A stretch of 48,097 bases of DNA, taken from a virus. Lineage: Duplodnaviria; Caudoviricetes. Both the position numbers and the translations under genes were made by a program. The DNA is taken from IMG/VR virus record IMGVR_UViG_3300025723_000004, positions 1-48,097 of that record; one strand, written 5' to 3'. The notes under the pieces were generated by a model that had not been told where the DNA came from, did not search any database, and saw nothing but the letters and a program-made list of their open reading frames with translations. This document shows positions 8,383 through 17,209 of this stretch, one piece after another. Positions within the stretch are counted from its first letter, which is position 1. Every line of letters begins with the position of its first letter.

Positions 8383-9768
8383 TTATGCTGTTTTTAAAAA
8401 TGCGGGTAAAATAAATGGCTGGTTAAACTCTTTATCTTTTATCTCGTATGACTTGTTAATATTTGCGTTGAGCTTTGAAAATAATTCATTAGCTTTTTCG
8501 CCTTTTGCCACAAGGCTTTGCAAAACCCTTTCTTGGCCCTCAGAATATGGCACATCAACAATAACGCTGCGCTTTTGCCCAAACCGCCAAAATCTTCTAA
8601 TTGCCTGGTAATATTTTTCGTAGCTAAAATCAGGGAAATAAACAGTATGGTTGCAATGCTGCCAGTTCAATCCAAAAGCTGTCATTTTAGCTTTAGTAAT
8701 TAGCTTTTTAATATTACCCTCAAAAAAGTTGGTTAATAATTCCTCTTTTTCGTCAATATCCATACTACCCTTAATCTGGTAAGCATCTTTATCCAGCTTT
8801 TGCAATAAATCACCCTCCGGATTCAAATTGCACCAATAAACGCTTGTTTCATGTGGGCGGGAAAGTTCTACCGCCATCTCGCACCGGCGTTCAATAGTGC
8901 TTTTTTGCTCCATCCTTATTTCGGATTGCGTTCTTGCGGGAATGGTAAACATTGACATCTGCCCGTCTGCCCGTACGTTTATGCCGCCATCGCATTTATG
9001 AAAATTTGTAATTAATTCAGGCAGAATATGGCGGTCATTTGAAAACCCTAAATCGGATGGCTGGCGCATTGAAATACTCCATCCGCTAACCCATTCAAAA
9101 AAAGCATTTTTGGCGTGGCCTTTCAACACCCATTCGGTGCCTATGTTCATTGGGCTTACGGTATCCTCGTTGTTTTTAAAAAACTTGGTAAGCATGTCGG
9201 TATATCCTAAATACCCCAGTGCTTCGCTACTGGTGCCTAATTCTATAAAATCGTTAGGGCTGGGGGTTGCTGTAAATAAAAACCGGTATTTTACTTTTTT
9301 CAAAAAACTTGTTACAACGCGTTTTATTTCGCCCTCAAAATTCTTAAGAATACTGCTTTCGTCGCATATTACGCACTCAAAATCGGACGGGTTAAAATAA
9401 TGCAACCTTTCATAATTGGCTATTACTATCTTTTTTGTGTACTTGCCATTTTTTGAATATTCAATATCATCAATGTAAAATTTGTTAGCCTCTCTTACAA
9501 ACTGAAAAGCAACGGCAAGGGGGCAAATAATTAAAATAGGTTTATTAGTATGGCGAGCATAATTTACGGCGATAACAAGCTCTATGTAAGTCTTCCCTAA
9601 GCCAGTATCAATAAAATCAGCACACCGGCCTTTTTTAATTGAGTATTCAGTAATGTAAGATTGAAAATCAAACATGCTATCCGGAATCCATTTAACAGGT
9701 ATTCCGTAATTGTTTTTAGTATGTTTTTTTGAAAAAATCAAATCGTTATAAATATCTATTGCTGCCAT
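8383..9768 (-). CDS. SNF2-like superfamily 2 helicase
   Basis: DTGLGKT, DESS, TATPSPN, FGLNWQ, QAIRRFWRFGQ. Confidence 0.88.
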   Translation of the reverse strand: MAAIDIYNDLIFSKKHTKNNYGIPVKWIPDSMFDFQSYITEYSIKKGRCADFIDTGLGKTYIELVIAVNYARHTNKPILIICPLAVAFQFVREANKFYIDDIEYSKNGKYTKKIVIANYERLHYFNPSDFECVICDESSILKNFEGEIKRVVTSFLKKVKYRFLFTATPSPNDFIELGTSSEALGYLGYTDMLTKFFKNNEDTVSPMNIGTEWVLKGHAKNAFFEWVSGWSISMRQPSDLGFSNDRHILPELITNFHKCDGGINVRADGQMSMFTIPARTQSEIRMEQKSTIERRCEMAVELSRPHETSVYWCNLNPEGDLLQKLDKDAYQIKGSMDIDEKEELLTNFFEGNIKKLITKAKMTAFGLNWQHCNHTVYFPDFSYEKYYQAIRRFWRFGQKRSVIVDVPYSEGQERVLQSLVAKGEKANELFSKLNANINKSYEIKDKEFNQPFILPAFLKTA

Positions 9769-9820
9769 ACTTTTTGCTTTTTAAATAAATTCAGAAACTC
9801 GTCAACTATATTGGTTTTGA

Positions 9821-10051
9821 TTACCTAAATATTTCCAGTTGCACAAATGGTTCTTTTTCGACAATTGGCTTTTTAAAGTTGGGGCATGTGCATTTTTCAA
9901 ATTTGAAAGCATCAGCCATTTCAACGGTGCAGCCTTGCTTAATATACCGTTTTTTATCTTTGTGCCAATCATCATCGGTGTGGCACTCCGGCTCGCAGCA
10001 TGCTGCAAATACTTTACCGCATGGGCATTTTATTTGTTGTACTTTGTTCAT
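9821..10051 (-). CDS. Cys-rich hypothetical protein
   Basis: Likely start MNKVQQIKCPCGK directly after the upstream stop. Confidence 0.55.
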   Translation of the reverse strand: MNKVQQIKCPCGKVFAACCEPECHTDDDWHKDKKRYIKQGCTVEMADAFKFEKCTCPNFKKPIVEKEPFVQLEIFR

Positions 10052-10052
10052 G

Positions 10053-10313
10053 TTAAAAAAGTTGTGTTTGTAATTGGTGTTTTTTCTTGGCAGCAGCAAC
10101 GGCCACTTTCTTGGGTTCCTTTTCCTGAATAATTTCAACCGGTCTTTCAATCAATTCAATTGTCAAATCTTCTTGTACTACTGAAAACCGGCCTTTATCC
10201 CCTTCCACAATTAGCACATTTCCATGCCTGCTTATTATTTTCACTGTGTCGCCCTGTAAGCCGTATGTTATGCTGGGGTCAAATGTGCTTCGTATCGTTT
10301 TTGCAAGTTTCAA
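10053..10313 (-). CDS. Hypothetical protein (small, possibly SH3-like)
   Basis: Coupled to neighbours; GDTVKII...NVLIVEG..GRFSV pattern. Confidence 0.6.
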   Translation of the reverse strand: MKLAKTIRSTFDPSITYGLQGDTVKIISRHGNVLIVEGDKGRFSVVQEDLTIELIERPVEIIQEKEPKKVAVAAAKKKHQLQTQLF

Positions 10314-11050
10314 AACGGCTGCTTGTTAAAATCTATAAATATTCCAGCATCAGCCACATGTACTGTCTTGCCTGTTAATTCTGTTATTTCACGCTGGAAT
10401 AATTGCGCATCGCTGTTGCTATCGGAAAGGTGTATAAGCACAATGTTGTTTACCCGGCTCAAATCGTTTGCCCGAAGCAGGTCCTTGCATGTGTTCAGCT
10501 CCATGTGTGCTGTCAATATCCTGTTGCGTAAAAACTCCGGGCTGGCCCCGTCTACAACCTTTTTATCAATAATTGCTTGGCTGTAGTTGCACTCAATGAT
10601 CATGTTGTTTAAATTCTTAAAAACATAACCTGAATAATAAGTGTCCGTGAGAAAAAGCACACTGCCAGTTTCAGGATGGAAAATGATAAAACCCAACGGC
10701 TCGGCAGCATCATGCTTCACGTCAAAAGCCATGATTTTAAAATTACCCACTTGGGTTACTTCCTTATTGCCTATCACTAAAGCGCGGCTGCTATCCAATA
10801 CGCCGCTGGCCGTTAATGTTCCTTTGCTGGCAACAACATTGATACCTGCCTGCATAACTTCGGCAATACATTTGTTGTGGTCGTTATGCTCATGGGTAAC
10901 CAAGCAACCAGCAACCTTGGCAATCTTATAGTTCAAGGCCTTTTTTATTTTGGCGAAGTCAACGCCACACTCAATAATGATAGCTTCATTGTCATTCTCA
11001 AGAATATAACAATTGCCCTTGCTGCTGCTGCCAAGTATTTTTAAAATCAT
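10310..11050 (-). CDS. MBL-fold metallo-hydrolase (YycJ-like exonuclease)
   Basis: LGSSSKGNCY, THEHNDH, HDA, FLTDT, IECNY, LIHLS. Confidence 0.9.
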   Translation of the reverse strand: MILKILGSSSKGNCYILENDNEAIIIECGVDFAKIKKALNYKIAKVAGCLVTHEHNDHNKCIAEVMQAGINVVASKGTLTASGVLDSSRALVIGNKEVTQVGNFKIMAFDVKHDAAEPLGFIIFHPETGSVLFLTDTYYSGYVFKNLNNMIIECNYSQAIIDKKVVDGASPEFLRNRILTAHMELNTCKDLLRANDLSRVNNIVLIHLSDSNSDAQLFQREITELTGKTVHVADAGIFIDFNKQPF

Positions 11051-12006
11051 TAGTCCCAGGGATTTTTGTTGTCGTTGTTAAATATTTCTTGCTTAGTAGC
11101 CTTAGAGCCAAGGTTTGCCGGCTCGGGTGTTGGCGCAGGCGATGGGTTGGCTTGCTGCACCGGTACCGGGATTGATTCCGCTGGCGCGGCTTGCACATCA
11201 TCACCAAAACCAATCGATTCTTTATTGGCGTTGTTTGAAATTTGCAGCTTCATTTCCCCCTCGGCCTGTTTACCCTTCATGCTCAAATCGCCGTCATCAA
11301 ATAAGTCGGCATCACTACTGCTGTTAACAGGTATTTTCAAAGCCCTGTTAATCACTGTGCGGCAGGCCATTTGGTCAGGAAAATTTATATGGGCTTTTGA
11401 GTTGCCCTTGGCATTACCCATCATCCAGCTGGCCTTGATTTGCACCATCGTCATTATTTCATACTCAACAGTGCCGTCTTCATAAGTAACAATAGCATAG
11501 GCTCCCTTTAATTTGTTGACGTTGATGTTATCAAATTCTTGGTCGTGCTGGGTAACGGTAACTATACCAGTCCGTAAATCGCGGGTATATTTAAACACAT
11601 CCCCTTCGTAGATTGGCACCCCAACGGCATCAATTACTCCGGCAACCCGTTTGCTAATGGCTATCTGCCCGAAATAGCTTTTTTGCATCAGCAGTGTATT
11701 ACCCATTACAATGAAGTAACATTGCTTTTTTACTGGGCTCAGGCCTTGTAAAACCATATCCAAAAGCGCATTGGCAATACTCTCAGGTGTACAGCAAGTA
11801 AGCGCTGGCACGCCGCTCATATTATTGGTTTGCTGTATCAGCAGCCAAGCGGAGCGCAGGGCATTTTCCGTGCTGTAATTTGGTGGCACGATAATGCTTT
11901 TGCTTTCTTGCAGCGCATTCACCTTAAGCATTACGGCATCCAATGTGTTTTCGCCAAACTGCTTAGGCTTTGGATTAGGGTTTGGCTGTTGTGTAACTTC
12001 AGACAT
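11050..12006 (-). CDS. recT: RecT-family single-strand annealing protein
   Basis: SIANALLDMVLQGLSPVKKQCYFI, SYFG, QMACRTVINRALK. Confidence 0.9.
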   Translation of the reverse strand: MSEVTQQPNPNPKPKQFGENTLDAVMLKVNALQESKSIIVPPNYSTENALRSAWLLIQQTNNMSGVPALTCCTPESIANALLDMVLQGLSPVKKQCYFIVMGNTLLMQKSYFGQIAISKRVAGVIDAVGVPIYEGDVFKYTRDLRTGIVTVTQHDQEFDNINVNKLKGAYAIVTYEDGTVEYEIMTMVQIKASWMMGNAKGNSKAHINFPDQMACRTVINRALKIPVNSSSDADLFDDGDLSMKGKQAEGEMKLQISNNANKESIGFGDDVQAAPAESIPVPVQQANPSPAPTPEPANLGSKATKQEIFNNDNKNPWD

Positions 12007-12034
12007 ATATTATTGGTGTTAAAAAGTGAATAAT

Positions 12035-14083
12035 CTAAATGGCAACCCTATCAAAAAGAGCAACGGTTGCGTACTCCTGCGGCTCTACCCTTAAAGCCTT
12101 ATCGTTGCTCACCACAAGGCGTACCAGCTGGCTTTCCACTTCAATAAGGGTGTTTACACTTTCCGCGTTATCTACCCATATAGGGGCTGAAATATTATAG
12201 TGCTGGCAAAGGGTGTTGATGATATCCAGCCCGGCGTTAATCCTTGCTGCGTTGTTTGCATCGCTAAACGGCACCAATCCACCCGGGCCAGGTACTAATG
12301 TCTCGCAGCATTCCACCTCACCGCCGTTTATTTGCTTTTCAAAAAGCTTGAAGGATACATATCTAAAACGGCCGTTGATGCGGTTTACCAATGTTTCCAT
12401 TTTGGCTTTGGTAAATTCAGCAATAGCATTTTCGTAGCCTTCAAGGTCAGCCAGCTGTTGCGCAAATTCGCTTTGCTGCTTTTCCAGTTCGGCCAAGCGG
12501 CTTAACGCCGTTTCCCGAGCATCCTTGCTGGCAAGCTGACGTTTCAGTTGGTCAATCTCTGCGGTAATTTCAGCCTTTCGGGTGCGGAAAGAAGATAAGT
12601 CAATGGTTGTGCCTGTTGGCTTGCTTAACTCGTATTCAAGCCCGGCAATAATGGTGTTGACAGTAGTATACTCGTAGCTTTCAGAAAGTAAGCGTTCAAT
12701 CTCTGCCGCCGAGTCAAGATTAAATGCCTCGTGTTCCGCTTTTAATTCGGTAATTTTTAACTCCAACTCGGCGCGCTCAGCTTCCAACGTTTCAATCTCC
12801 GTTGTTTTATCAGCGATTGTTTTATTCTCCAAAGCAATCTTGTTGCTGTAGTCGGCACCAGCTTGCTTGATGTCAGCCAGCCGGTTTTGATTGTCAGTGT
12901 TGAAGCTTGCAGTAAGCCTTTCTTTTTCCGCCTCTACCTTTTCAGGCGCAAATGGGGTTTTGCAGGCAGGGCAGCAAAATTTACCCTCTTCAAAAACCAG
13001 CTGCTTTTCATTTTCGGCCACCCATTCATTTCGCTTGGAAGCGAGGCGTTCAGCGTATTGTGCCGCTTTTACCTTAGCAGATTCCAAGCTCTGCTGTGCG
13101 TTGTGAATGGATGTTAAAACAATTGAATTGCGGCTGGTCAGTTCTTTTATAGAATTGGTCCGCACGTTTTTAGCCTCATTAAACTTGGCTTTTACTTCAA
13201 ATTCAATATTCTGCCGTTCCGTCTTGTGTGCGTGCAGGTTAGCTTGTTTTTTTTGTAGCACCTCATTGGCAGACTGCTGGGCTTTGCTGGCATTAACCAT
13301 CTCCTCGTCAATCGCCTGCAGGCGGGATTGGCGTGCAGCAATGGCAGCATTTATTTCGGAGTAATCAACCGCACCTGGCATGCTCCGCCGTACTTCATCT
13401 ATGCGTGAAGGGATAAGCGTTAATTCGTCCTTTAGCTTTTTCTTTTTGGCCCCGATTTCCGCCCGGTATTCCTCAACCGTTTTGCGGGACTTAAAGGCAT
13501 TACCCAATGCTGCAACCTGGGGGCGGTTTTCTGGTGTGCTTATTTGGTCTAACACAACAGCGTTATCAATATGCCCGGCAATCTTTAACAAGGTCTCCCG
13601 GCGCTGTTTCCAGCCGTATTTTGCCGAGTTAAAATATAACGGGTTGGTAACTAATTTGAACGTGTCCTCGTTGATCAGTTCGCTTATTTTGGCAGCAAAC
13701 TTTGTAGCCTGCATTGGCACGTCATTCCAAAAGAACAAGTTGTCATTGCCGTTAAAAAAGAGATCTGTTCCGCCACGGCGCTTTTCCCATTTTTCGCGGA
13801 GGATCTTCTTGATGGTAACCTCTTCATCGTTAATTAGGAAGACACCGCCAACCTCATGCTCCAATTGTGGGATAATCTCTCCGTTTTCGTCCAAAGTCTT
13901 AATCCCAAATTTGGAATTGTCGCTGCTATCTTTGTCAAACAGCAGCCAAAAAAAGCCGTCAATAAGGGAGGTCTTGCCTGTGGCATTGTCGCCAAAGACG
14001 TTCGTTGACTGGTGCAGGTCAATTTCAAAGTGGCGAATGCCTTTAAAATTTCGGTACCATAGTTTCAATGCTACAATTTTCAT
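12035..14083 (-). CDS. Rad50/SbcC-like AAA ATPase with long coiled coil and zinc hook
   Basis: NFKG, GDNATGKT Walker A, central CPAC, PIWVDNAES Walker B/D-loop. Confidence 0.88.
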   Translation of the reverse strand: MKIVALKLWYRNFKGIRHFEIDLHQSTNVFGDNATGKTSLIDGFFWLLFDKDSSDNSKFGIKTLDENGEIIPQLEHEVGGVFLINDEEVTIKKILREKWEKRRGGTDLFFNGNDNLFFWNDVPMQATKFAAKISELINEDTFKLVTNPLYFNSAKYGWKQRRETLLKIAGHIDNAVVLDQISTPENRPQVAALGNAFKSRKTVEEYRAEIGAKKKKLKDELTLIPSRIDEVRRSMPGAVDYSEINAAIAARQSRLQAIDEEMVNASKAQQSANEVLQKKQANLHAHKTERQNIEFEVKAKFNEAKNVRTNSIKELTSRNSIVLTSIHNAQQSLESAKVKAAQYAERLASKRNEWVAENEKQLVFEEGKFCCPACKTPFAPEKVEAEKERLTASFNTDNQNRLADIKQAGADYSNKIALENKTIADKTTEIETLEAERAELELKITELKAEHEAFNLDSAAEIERLLSESYEYTTVNTIIAGLEYELSKPTGTTIDLSSFRTRKAEITAEIDQLKRQLASKDARETALSRLAELEKQQSEFAQQLADLEGYENAIAEFTKAKMETLVNRINGRFRYVSFKLFEKQINGGEVECCETLVPGPGGLVPFSDANNAARINAGLDIINTLCQHYNISAPIWVDNAESVNTLIEVESQLVRLVVSNDKALRVEPQEYATVALFDRVAI

Positions 14084-14140
14084 ACTTTCGTTTTTTTTGT
14101 TTTTGTTTTAATGAAGGCGTAGTGTCCATCTACGCTTTTT

Positions 14141-14332
14141 TTATTTGCCCTGTAGGGTTTCCTTTTTTGTGTTAACCAGCAGCCGTAATTCCAATACTTC
14201 TTGGTCTGCGCCAAAGCGCATGTATAAAGTATCTTGGATAAAAAGCTCGCAGCATTCCAGCTGCTCAATGGTGATAGAGCTTGCTATCCATTTTTGTACT
14301 GTTTCAACTGCGGTATCTTTTGTTAATTTCAT
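14141..14332 (-). CDS. Hypothetical protein
   Basis: ATG at 14332 with an A-rich leader; early-operon orientation. Confidence 0.55.
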   Translation of the reverse strand: MKLTKDTAVETVQKWIASSITIEQLECCELFIQDTLYMRFGADQEVLELRLLVNTKKETLQGK

Positions 14333-14400
14333 ACTCAAATTTTTAAAAACGGCAGGCACTTACCCGGCCCGTAATGTGTCCGGCACCCTCTGTGATGTTG

Positions 14401-14474
14401 TTGCACTGGCTGGATTCGAACCAGCGTTTTCGGGATTATGAGACCCGCGAGATTGTCCGCTTCTCTACAGTGCG
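14401..14474 (-). tRNA. tRNA with CAT anticodon, initiator (fMet)-like; no encoded CCA
   Basis: Cloverleaf CGCACTG/CAGTGCA (C1:A72 mismatch), D stem GAGA/TCTC (A11-U24), anticodon arm CGGGT-CTCATAA-TCCCG, T arm GCTGG-TTCGAAT-CCAGC. Confidence 0.88.
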
Positions 14475-14710
14475 TTATATTCAGGTATATGCGCTTCAAT
14501 CATTTTTTCAAACTGTTCTACCATCGTCCGGTATTGCTTTGTTTTATAACCCCTTGCTGTTTTTTGGGGTTGAAGAACATGCACCTTTTGGTAAGCCAGC
14601 ATATTTTGTATCAGTTCAAAATCAAGTAATGCATGTTCATCGCTGATGGCACCGTCCCGGCACACTTTAAAAAGTATTGCATCCTCTCTTTCTTGCTTTG
14701 TAATTGCCAC
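14465..14710 (-). CDS. Hypothetical protein
   Basis: Probable GTG start at 14710; stop lies inside the 5' end of the tRNA. Confidence 0.55.
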   Translation of the reverse strand: MAITKQEREDAILFKVCRDGAISDEHALLDFELIQNMLAYQKVHVLQPQKTARGYKTKQYRTMVEQFEKMIEAHIPEYNAL

Positions 14711-14823
14711 TGTATTGATTTTGTTTTTTATAAAGCCGCCCCGCAATCCAACATATATTTAAAGCGGGGCCGGCTTGTGTCACCCGCATTTATAAACCGC
14801 CCAGGTAACAAGCGAAAGATTTT

Positions 14824-14850
14824 AAAAGCCCCGTTAGGAATAACAGGGGC
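14824..14850 (-). terminator. Intrinsic terminator-like hairpin
   Basis: GCCCCTGTTA-TTCC-TAACGGGGC followed by TTTT on the minus strand. Confidence 0.55.
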
Positions 14851-14885
14851 ATACTCAAACTAACCCCTTGTCCTAAAAAAACTCT

Positions 14886-15014
14886 TTAATGCAAATGCCT
14901 AAACTTTTTATCCTGTTCCTGAAAATCGTTCGGCACTTTTAACGCCCCCAAATAGCAGGCGGCCATTACTGCCCCGCCAATGGCCATTACTGAAACAATG
15001 ATGTCAAAAAGCAT
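14886..15014 (-). CDS. Small single-TM membrane protein (42 aa)
   Basis: Manual translation MLFDIIVSVMAIGGAVMAACYLGALKVPNDFQEQDKKFRHLH. Confidence 0.5.
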   Translation of the reverse strand: MLFDIIVSVMAIGGAVMAACYLGALKVPNDFQEQDKKFRHLH

Positions 15015-15033
15015 AATCGTTAGATTTTAAATG

Positions 15034-15252
15034 TTAGTAAACTGGTTCCGCTTTCCCGTTGGCATTTACTGTAAAATCGCCAATCACGTTTACAATGCCT
15101 TTTGCCCGGCGCATGCAGTACTGGTAAGAGTTTTCACATTCCTTAATCTTCATATCGCACCATTCATTATCCAATCCGCCTTTTTTACACGCCTCAATCA
15201 ATTCCGTTGTAGCTTTCCAGCCCTCGGCGGCCGCTAACCATTGGTTATCCAT
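15034..15252 (-). CDS. Hypothetical protein
   Basis: ATG start overlapping the upstream gene end. Confidence 0.6.
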   Translation of the reverse strand: MDNQWLAAAEGWKATTELIEACKKGGLDNEWCDMKIKECENSYQYCMRRAKGIVNVIGDFTVNANGKAEPVY

Positions 15253-15592
15253 GTGGGTTATATTTTACAATGAATGTTTTTTTGCTGTACGTGCTAACCT
15301 CAACAACCAATGGCAGGCGCATTTGATAAATAAGGCTGTTAGTTTCCTTTACCGCATTATCGCGGCTTGCCTCTGTTGCTTCGTAGATTAAGCAGTTGGG
15401 AAACCGTGAGCAAACAATGCCCATGATGTTGAAAAGGGCATCAAAACTGCTCTTAATCTCCTCGTCAATAAGGGCTTTCGCGCCTTTTAGGCTTGCAAAG
15501 CAGTTATCGCCAACCTGGTACCCACCTTGCGCCTTTTCTTTAATAATGGCGCCTTTGTACTCAATGTTGTTAATGGTTCTGTTGGCAGCCAT
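15245..15592 (-). CDS. Hypothetical protein
   Basis: ATG-started 115-aa ORF in the early operon. Confidence 0.6.
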   Translation of the reverse strand: MAANRTINNIEYKGAIIKEKAQGGYQVGDNCFASLKGAKALIDEEIKSSFDALFNIMGIVCSRFPNCLIYEATEASRDNAVKETNSLIYQMRLPLVVEVSTYSKKTFIVKYNPHG

Positions 15593-15668
15593 AAGGCCGG
15601 TAATGTGGTGGTGAAGCGTAACTGCCTCAGGGTGCTGGTAGTGTGCTGTGTGCCTATGGTGTTGTTTT

Positions 15669-15827
15669 TTAGAAATGGTTTAAAAGGCTTTCTTCGTAAC
15701 ACTCGGCAGCTTGTAAGGCTGCATCCATGGCCGTGTTGCTGTTTTCAAAATCAAGGCCGCCAGTCTCCGGCAGTATATCGCCTTTGGTTTGTAGCTGCCA
15801 TAATTCGTAGGGGGTTAAATTTTCCAT
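15669..15827 (-). CDS. Small acidic hypothetical protein
   Basis: Likely start MENLTPYELWQLQTKGDILP at 15827. Confidence 0.55.
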   Translation of the reverse strand: MENLTPYELWQLQTKGDILPETGGLDFENSNTAMDAALQAAECYEESLLNHF

Positions 15828-15832
15828 GGCGT

Positions 15833-15985
15833 TTATTTGATTTGGATGGATGAAACCCGTATCATCGCCCAGCTGTACCAATCACCAATAAATGCCAGTG
15901 CAGGGTAAGCTATCACGCTAACATGCGGGGTAACCACATGCAGCATCTTAATGCGTTGCTTTTTTGGCGGTATTACTGTTATCAT
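15833..15985 (-). CDS. Small hypothetical protein (50 aa)
   Basis: Manual translation MITVIPPKKQRIKMLHVV...; ATGA overlap with the upstream ORF. Confidence 0.4.
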   Translation of the reverse strand: MITVIPPKKQRIKMLHVVTPHVSVIAYPALAFIGDWYSWAMIRVSSIQIK

Positions 15986-16083
15986 GGCTTGTTGGTTTTT
16001 ACGGCGTTGTTAACATCGGCCACTATCCATTCTACGAACAATTGTTCCAGCGGCGTCAGGTCGGGTGTTGTTTGGGGTGTCAT
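15982..16083 (-). CDS. Small hypothetical protein (33 aa) directly after cro
   Basis: MTPQTTPDLTPLEQLFVEWIVADVNNAVKTNKP; coupled at both ends. Confidence 0.4.
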   Translation of the reverse strand: MTPQTTPDLTPLEQLFVEWIVADVNNAVKTNKP

Positions 16084-16086
16084 GGC

Positions 16087-16311
16087 TTAGGCTAATATTT
16101 CGTTGCGTTCCTTAATACGGGTCTGCAAAAACTTCAACAGCTTGGTGCCAGTATCTACTTTTTTAACGCAACCTTGCAGGTAGCGCATCACTGTCATTAT
16201 GTCTATTTCCAGCTCTTTAGCAGCTTTGCGCCTGTCTTCGGCGGTTACTTCCGGCTTCAATTGGGTTATGCGCTCGGTCAACTTGTGAATTATCACTTCT
16301 TTGCTTTGCAT
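16087..16311 (-). CDS. cro: Cro-like HTH regulator
   Basis: RRKAAKELEIDIMTVMRYLQG HTH; divergent from cI. Confidence 0.7.
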   Translation of the reverse strand: MQSKEVIIHKLTERITQLKPEVTAEDRRKAAKELEIDIMTVMRYLQGCVKKVDTGTKLLKFLQTRIKERNEILA

Positions 16312-16346
16312 AATTTTTGCTTACTTTGTTACTGTTTTCTATACAG

Positions 16347-16354
16347 CAAATATA
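16347..16354 (-). promoter_or_regulatory. Bacteroidota -7 promoter element (TATATTTG) for the early/cro operon
   Basis: Exact TAnnTTTG about 35 nt upstream of the cro start. Confidence 0.65.
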
Positions 16355-16414
16355 AGAGCATTTGTTCTAAACTACCAAATCTTTAAGAACATTTTTTAGA
16401 ACTTTTTTTAGAGC
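16355..16414. promoter_or_regulatory. Candidate repressor operators in the immunity region
   Basis: Near-palindrome AGAGCA-TT-TGTTCT (16355..16368) and AGA(A/G)C units at 16386, 16398 and 16410. Confidence 0.45.
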
Positions 16415-16425
16415 TAATTAAAAAC

Positions 16426-17136
16426 ATGGTTATAAAACCGGATATATTAAAAAAAACACGCATAGCAAAAGGGCTTTCTCAACAGGAAGTTGCTGATTAT
16501 ATCGGGGTTGCACAACGCACTTATAGCATGTATGAAGACGGTAGCCGAAATCCAAAGGTTGATAAAGTGGTTTTATTGAAGCAAATTTTAGACCTGAATG
16601 AAAATTCAAATGTTCTAAATGAGAGCAAGGTAGAGCAGCCCAAAGAAGATTTTTTAACAATCCGGCGCAATAAAAAACTTTTATACAATGCCTTTATGGT
16701 GCCGTTGATACCAGTAAAAGCGCAAGCCGGGTACATACGGGCGCACGACCAAACGGTATTTATGGACACCCTTGAAAAATATGCTTTGCCCCCTGGTGTC
16801 GACCCGCTGGGCGCAATATGGGCTTATTGGGAAGTGCAAGGCGATAGCATGGAGCCAACACTATCAGATGGTGATTATATACTCGCTACGCAAGTGCCGC
16901 GCATGGACTGGGACCAGCTTAGGAATTTTTATACCTATATTATAGTAACAGATGAAAGGGTGCTGATTAAAAGAATATTTTGCCAAAACCCGCTGGAATG
17001 GGTATTAATTAGTGATAATGAAGAACGGTACCCCCAGCAACTGTTGCCCGTGGAATACGTCCGGCAGGTATGGGTATTTAGGCGGCACATTAACAGCAAG
17101 GTTCCGCCGCCAAAGAAATTTGAAATTAAAGTGTAA
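16426..17136 (+). CDS. cI: CI-type repressor (XRE HTH plus S24 peptidase)
   Basis: LSQQEVADYIGVAQRTYSMYEDG; VQGDSMEP catalytic Ser; LIKR catalytic Lys. Confidence 0.92.
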   Translation: MVIKPDILKKTRIAKGLSQQEVADYIGVAQRTYSMYEDGSRNPKVDKVVLLKQILDLNENSNVLNESKVEQPKEDFLTIRRNKKLLYNAFMVPLIPVKAQAGYIRAHDQTVFMDTLEKYALPPGVDPLGAIWAYWEVQGDSMEPTLSDGDYILATQVPRMDWDQLRNFYTYIIVTDERVLIKRIFCQNPLEWVLISDNEERYPQQLLPVEYVRQVWVFRRHINSKVPPPKKFEIKV

Positions 17137-17209
17137 TCAAAAACCTAAATTATTTTTTATGGAGAAATTTCCATAACTCCACAATTCCATAACCAAAAAA
17201 CCTAAATAT

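Noticed and set aside
14340-14400. Theta/HDV-like ribozyme after the tRNA
   Set aside because: Could not fit the nested double pseudoknot or the L3 consensus behind either tRNA.
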